Origin: an uncultured Acidobacteriota bacterium
GTDB lineage: Bacteria > Acidobacteriota > UBA6911
Assembly (NCBI GenBank): GCA_963809485.1
Contig: CAWEJX010000007.1
Span: 576,001 to 640,000 of the forward strand
DNA length: 64,000 nt
Direction of reading: 5' to 3'
Shown: positions 63,651 through 64,000 of the stretch, one piece after another
Position numbering within the stretch: position 1 is the first letter of the stretch
Layout of the letters: every line of letters begins with the position of its first letter
Notes under the pieces: generated by a model
What the model saw: the letters and a program-made list of their open reading frames with translations, nothing else
What the model was told of the DNA's origin: nothing
Database searches by the model: none
Position numbers and translations under genes: made by a program

Positions 63651-64000
63651 GCACTCAAATTCGGGGATCGTGCCGGCAGGCGGAGCGGCTTCACTCCGAC
63701 ATCCTCAAACGTGCCCCGGAACGCTTCCGAGAATTTCGTGTCTCGGTCCATCAGCAAGTATCGATTGCCACGAAGGAATCCGTCATCGGCGTCAGTCACA
63801 TTCCTGGCAACCTGAAGCAGCCAGGCTTCATCTGGATTGGTGGTGAGACCAGCAAAATGAATCCGTCGGGTTGCAATCTCCATGAAGAACAGCAGATAGT
63901 ATGTAACCAATCCCTTCTTCGTCCAAATCCCGATCGCTGTGAAATCAACCGAGGCAAGCATATCCCAGTGTGTGTTGAGGAATTCCTTCCAGCTGCCCTG
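63651..64000 (-). pseudogene. rve/DDE transposase, upstream part (runs off the window)
   Basis: LASVDFTAI...YYLLFFMEIATRRI...YLLMDRDTKF...LPARSPNLSA. Confidence 0.9.

Larger units (their letters stand above)
60292..63655 (+). mobile_element. Large serine recombinase integrative element (3,359-bp unit) bounded by GCACT direct repeats
   Basis: Removing it restores the flanking transposase frame RSPNLSAHIERF exactly. Confidence 0.9.

Noticed and set aside
63436-63846. 136-aa ORF crossing the right end of the recombinase element
   Set aside because: Chimeric frame; only its internal ATG at 63640 is meaningful, as the start of the circle-reconstituted gene.

Overview
GC-rich bacterial DNA, probably from an anaerobic or facultative member of the Acidobacteriota (inferred from an Oar-like TonB-dependent receptor, Ser/Thr kinase-propeller/TPR families, URO-D-family paralogs and a group 3b NiFe hydrogenase). 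(1) 1-5.3 kb: decayed Ser/Thr-kinase genes, an AAA_14/DUF4143 ATPase, and an MNT-HEPN toxin-antitoxin pair bracketed by two ~245-bp elements with terminal inverted repeats and stuttered ends. (2) 5.3-33.5 kb: mostly core or metabolic genes (recQ, acyl-CoA synthetase alpha, sulfatase/tannase/TBDR cluster, two two-component systems, sirtuin, MFS, two URO-D-family proteins, GH51) plus a candidate structured RNA. (3) tRNA-Leu(TAA) at 33569-33654, whose 3' half recurs at 52160-52219, bounding an ~18.6-kb island with no visible integrase that carries a phage-type replication module and cargo. (4) 52.2-64 kb: SpoIIE phosphatase and a group 3b hydrogenase operon between two rve/DDE transposase remnants. 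The right-hand remnant is split by a 3,359-bp large serine recombinase element. Top finding: that element's DUF5372/Y4bD-like gene has no proper start in the integrated state. Its Shine-Dalgarno and ATG lie inside the last codons of the recombinase at the opposite end and join in frame only when the element circularises, which suggests an excision-activated gene switch. All calls come from reading the sequence; no searches were run.
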